Shown here in pieces: positions 60,142 through 64,000 of a stretch of DNA of 64,000 bases. Where the stretch lies: positions 1-64,000 of the forward strand of contig MU059881.1 in NCBI GenBank assembly GCA_013265495.1. The letters are read 5' to 3'. This stretch comes from Vicugna vicugna. Lineage: Eukaryota. The translations under genes were made by a program, and so were the position numbers. The notes under the pieces are model-generated. The model saw only the letters and a program-made list of their open reading frames with translations, had not been told where the DNA came from and did no database searches. Numbering within the stretch: the stretch's first letter is position 1; every line of letters starts with the position of its first letter.

Positions 60142-60466
60142 CTGTAAGCTGCAACAGAAGTAGGTTCTGCCTGAACATGGCAGGTTCCTGACCTGGTGAT
60201 GCCTCAGCTCACATTCCATCTTCTTGAAGTGCTTTCTCCTGTCAAGATCCCACACCATCTTAAAGGTCCCTTTGAACTGTTGGCACCTCCTTTAAGTCCC
60301 TCCTGCTTGATGAAGGTGGAAGTGATCTTATTCCTTAGAATTTAGGTAGAACTGAGTTGATACCCAGAAAATTCTACTTTGCATTACAGTTTTTTGCATA
60401 ACTTCACCTTCCCTACTAGACTACAAACCATTTAAAAATGAAGCCTACATTGGCATTCTACTAACG

Positions 60467-60658
60467 TTAAAAGAGTAAACAAGTTCATGCTGTAGAGCAC
60501 AGGGAACAATATTTGATTTGTAGTAACTTATGTTGAAAAAGAATATGAAAACAAATATATGTATGTTCATGTATGACTGAATCACTGTGCTGTACACCAG
60601 AAATTGAGACAACATTGTAAAATGACTGTACTTCAATAAAAATGTGTATATTAAAAAA
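60467..60658 (+). mobile_element. Younger artiodactyl L1 3' end
   Basis: tagagcacagggaacaatatt...tgactgaatcactgtgctgtacaccagaaattgagacaacattgtaaaatgactgtacttcaataaaaa. Confidence 0.75.
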
Positions 60659-61099
60659 GTGAACAAATGATGTCTGATATGCTTAAAATCCTGCTGAATA
60701 TTGGTAATAGCAAAAGGTTGGAAATAAATACAACAGCCTAACATAGGAGACCTAGTGAATTAAATCTATGTTGTGCCAAGTCTCAGTGTATTATATCTCT
60801 GCAAACTTCATTGCCTGCTCTATGAAAATGCATCCGAGTCCCTTATTTTTTCTGTGCGCTCTGGTGTGATGTTAAGCTTTGTCCATATAGGGTACCGGAA
60901 ACACACTCCAGGAGGAAGAGTTTCTCTTCCTGGCTCTGGTTCTGGTTCTGATGTGCTGGATACACAGGCTCCTGCAGTGCATCAGTTTCTCCAGTGTCCA
61001 GCTGTTACAGTACACACTGGCCAGCCGCACCCAGCATCCACCACCTTCCCGCTAAACCCGTTAAGCGGTTTTGTAGGTTTTGTAGCAGAGAGCTGCCAG

Positions 61100-62050
61100 T
61101 GAGACTGCAGTCAGAGCTGAAGTAAGACATGTACAAGGAAATGTGTTAAAAAGCAAAGAGACTATTAGTGTCTCATCAGAAGAATTTAGGAGCTTAACTG
61201 TAGAGATTTTCATTGAAAAGAAAAGATTTGAGTGTCAATAAGAACCATAATTCGAATGAGTTAAAAATCATGTGTTTAAATTTGTAGTTCATAATGATAT
61301 TTCTAAAATTCTTTGATCATTTTCGGAGGGAGCTGAGAAACAAACTCGGATTTTTTGAGTGGTTAATAAAGGGAAAGAATCAAGCATTTTTCCTGTCTCT
61401 CTTCATGAGATTTACAACAGAATAACCAAATAGTAGGTAAAAAGACTTTCTCATTATGGAAGTGTTCCTGATAATAAATGAAGAAGAAATGATAAGATTA
61501 AAACATGACCCTAATGAATGAATAGATCTAGGCTGCTAATTAACATCACAAAAAGGACGGACATTAAAACCTCCTGATGGAATTTCACAACCCATCTATG
61601 AAGTAGTATAGACAAAAAATTTTCACCTAACTGTGATCAAGCCACTAGAATGTTCTAACTACCCTTTATTGGAAATTCAGAACAAGGGGGCGCTAAAGAA
61701 CTCCACAAGGATGCAGTCAGCAATTGCTGAAAACCTTATGGGCAAACAACCTGATTTCTTTACAATAGTACGCAAGGAGAGAGAGAGAGAGGTGGATGGA
61801 AACCACAGATTTAAAAGACAAACCAAATGGCTCCACAAAAAATCCTTAAGACTGGGAACTCCCTATACTATGTTTATAACTTTCAAGTGAGTCTTAGGGT
61901 TTTTTGTTTTTTTCAGAAACTACAAGAAAAAGAATTTTAAGAGAGACTTAAACACACAAACCAATTGAAATATAGATTAATAAAACACTGAAGCTTATTT
62001 AGATCCTGATTGAAACTAAAAAAACGATGAAACGACTGGGAAACCTTGAT
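61100..62050 (+). mobile_element. AT-rich old L1MC-like 3' region
   Basis: aataaagggaaagaatcaagcatt..., aatgaatgaatagatctaggc; AT-rich block in a GC-rich context. Confidence 0.5.
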
Positions 62051-62399
62051 AATTTACTTTTTTCACACAGTATTGTGATTATGTTTTTAAAATATTAACA
62101 AAATATATACAAATGACAACCTAAAAGTATCCTTTTATTCATGCTAATAATTGAAGATGTTTTTTGAGACGTGCTGACAGGGATTTCAGTAATGCAGACG
62201 ATTAATCTGAAAGTCAGTTAGGACCTGCATTTAACATGCATTTGTAAAAAGAAGTACGAACCAAAAACTACAAACAAACATAAGTTTTAATGGATAAATA
62301 CTTAAGATCCTAGTCAGGTTCTGGGACCTGGAATAGCCTTAAATGTTTTGCTGAGCTCTATGACCCCGGGGTGAGGAGGGAGAAGGTTCTCGAGATTTC

Positions 62400-63176
62400 T
62401 GAGAACTGCTGGTGTTTGACAGACACGCGCACGCTTTTCCGCAGTCCCCGGAACCCTCCCAGGTGTGTCCCTCATTCCCAGCGGGCTGTACTGAACGTGC
62501 ACAGCGGACGGAGCTCAACACCTCCGCTGGCCCCGCGTCCCTACGGCTTTGCCGGGAGGCGGAGGGCGGACGCAGGTACAGCGCCTCGCGCCCCCGACGG
62601 CGCCACGTGCTCCCGGGCCCGCAGCGCGTGCGCACTGCCGCCACCCCGGCCTACGTGACGTGCCTCGGGCCAGCTATGGCGGCGGGTCGGGAGGCGACAT
62701 CTCCGCCGGCCCGAACCGGTAGGAAGGCGCGCGTCCGGCGTCCAGCTGACTGGCCCGAGAGCCCGGGAAGGACCCCGACCCACCCTTACGACCGTCAGTC
62801 TGCTAGCCCCGAGCCAGTAGGCCGCCGAAACCCACGCGAGAAAATGTCTGGGCCTCCGCGGGCTCCCGACGGGGCGGGACTGGCTCCGCCCCCGCGCGCT
62901 CCTATTGGTTCCGAGGGCGGACACGCCCCTTTCCCGCGCTCTCATTGGCCTAGGCAGGGCCCCGTAGCGTGGAGCCGCACCGTCCTCCGCGCGCTCCGAT
63001 TGGTTTTGGGTTGTGGGGCGCCCGTTCTCCGAGCTCTCATTGGCCGAGCGGAGCCGCTGGGGGTGGGGCCGCGCCGAGTCGACAACAACAAAGGGCGGCG
63101 GGTAGCAGGCGGCAGTAACCAGATCTCTCAGTGCTCTCCACCGGCTGCGCGCCCGGACTCGCCCGCCCGGCTCCAG
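62400..63176 (+). promoter_or_regulatory. NARF CpG-island promoter
   Basis: CpG-dense. ATTGG boxes at 62904, 62944, 62999 and 63039; E2F-type TTTCCCGC at 62930-62937; CACGTG at 62604; TACGTGACGTG at 62652-62662. Confidence 0.8.
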
Positions 63177-63203
63177 ATGAAGTGTGAGCACTGCACGCGG
63201 AAG
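63177..63203 (+). CDS. NARF: Nuclear prelamin A recognition factor, first coding exon only (gene continues beyond the window)
   Basis: ATG AAG TGT GAG CAC TGC ACG CGG AAG|GTGGGC = MKCEHCTRK, identical to the recalled human NARF N-terminus, followed by a GT donor; position next to CYBC1 fits. Confidence 0.9.
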
Positions 63204-64000
63204 GTGGGCTGCGCGCGCTCGGGGCCGGGGTCGGGGTCGGGCGCCGGCGGTCGGGGGCCGCGGTAGGGGGCTGGAGGGGACTGCGCTCGCGAAGTCCGGG
63301 GCCTCAGGACGTCGGGAGCCCGGCAGCTCCGAGCGCCTCTGCCTCCGCACGGTCTCCCGCCAGCGGCTCGCGGCCTCTCTGGGGCGGCGGCGGCTGTGGG
63401 GGAGCCGCCGGCGCGTCCGGTTCCCGCCCCCGGGGGCGGCGTGACGACGGCGCGCGCTCGCTCTTTCTGGTTTTCCGCGCGCTTGTCTGTCCTTTCCAAG
63501 TACCTTCGAGGCTGGAAACCCCCAGAAAAAGCAGCCAACCTCTGCCACCGCTCAGGGCACTCGGGCAAACACCATTCTTGGTGTGAATGATCGCTACGGC
63601 GTCAAAAATGTTTCTGGGGGTGGTTTATCTTATCTAAAAACTTACATGCTTATAGTAACGGACCAGTACAGAAGCGCAGGAAGGAAACGTGGGCTGGGCC
63701 TCCTGCCACCAGGTGACTGTGACCTCCACGCTTGTCTCTAGGCTCCGATAACCTACTTAACTGTACCGCGCAGGCACAGGGGCTTCTGTTTGTTTTTCAA
63801 AATGGGATCGTGTCGTAAATACTACTGCATCACTTGCACGTTCAGTTAACCTTATACCAAAGGTGCGTTTTCAGACCACTACATACGCTCCTAGTTCTGC
63901 CTGTCCAGGTGTCCAGGTAGTCAGGCGCTAAGTCACCTGTCGTGAGAGACCACCTTCCTTCTAGTTTTCAGTTCCTGCAAACGATGCAGATGTCAGGGTG

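Noticed and set aside
19910-63203. OGFOD3, CYBC1 and NARF as an iron/oxygen-handling gene cluster
   Set aside because: Long-standing mammalian synteny of unrelated families with separate promoters; nothing in the sequence shows co-regulation.
62412-63568. 284-aa and 335-aa ORFs at the NARF promoter
   Set aside because: CpG-island artefacts; only the 27-nt NARF exon with its donor matches a known protein.
1-64000. CRISPR arrays, operons, rRNA or prokaryotic defence systems
   Set aside because: The sequence is spliced mammalian DNA; there is no regularly spaced repeat-spacer array and no rRNA.

Overview
GC-rich mammalian genomic window. A tRNA-derived SINE of the camelid type points to an artiodactyl, most likely a camel or alpaca. 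The gene order matches the block on human 17q25.3: TEX19 (+, 5'-truncated by the window edge), UTS2R (+, single coding exon), OGFOD3 (-, 9 coding exons, 315 aa), HEXD (+, 12 coding exons, 504 aa; head-to-head with OGFOD3), CYBC1/EROS (-, 6 coding exons, 187 aa; tail-to-tail with HEXD) and the first coding exon of NARF (+). All spliced models were built by hand from GT-AG junctions, and their exon lengths sum to open reading frames. Most entries in the ORF track are GC-driven noise. I found no new protein-coding system. Most unusual elements: (1) an antisense retrocopy in HEXD intron 2 made of SNORA70 plus RPL10 exons 6-7 with its intron sequences unspliced, inside an old L1 and next to a telomere-like hexamer run; (2) the usual UTS2R start codon reads ACG, with a perfect Kozak ATG 16 codons downstream; (3) a tandem array of eight ETS-type sites at the CYBC1 promoter; (4) a 90-bp LTR 3' end flanked by a 14-bp target-site duplication; (5) interlocked HEXD/CYBC1 poly(A) signals. 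Family assignments rest on recalled reference sequences and need database confirmation. Repeat boundaries are approximate.
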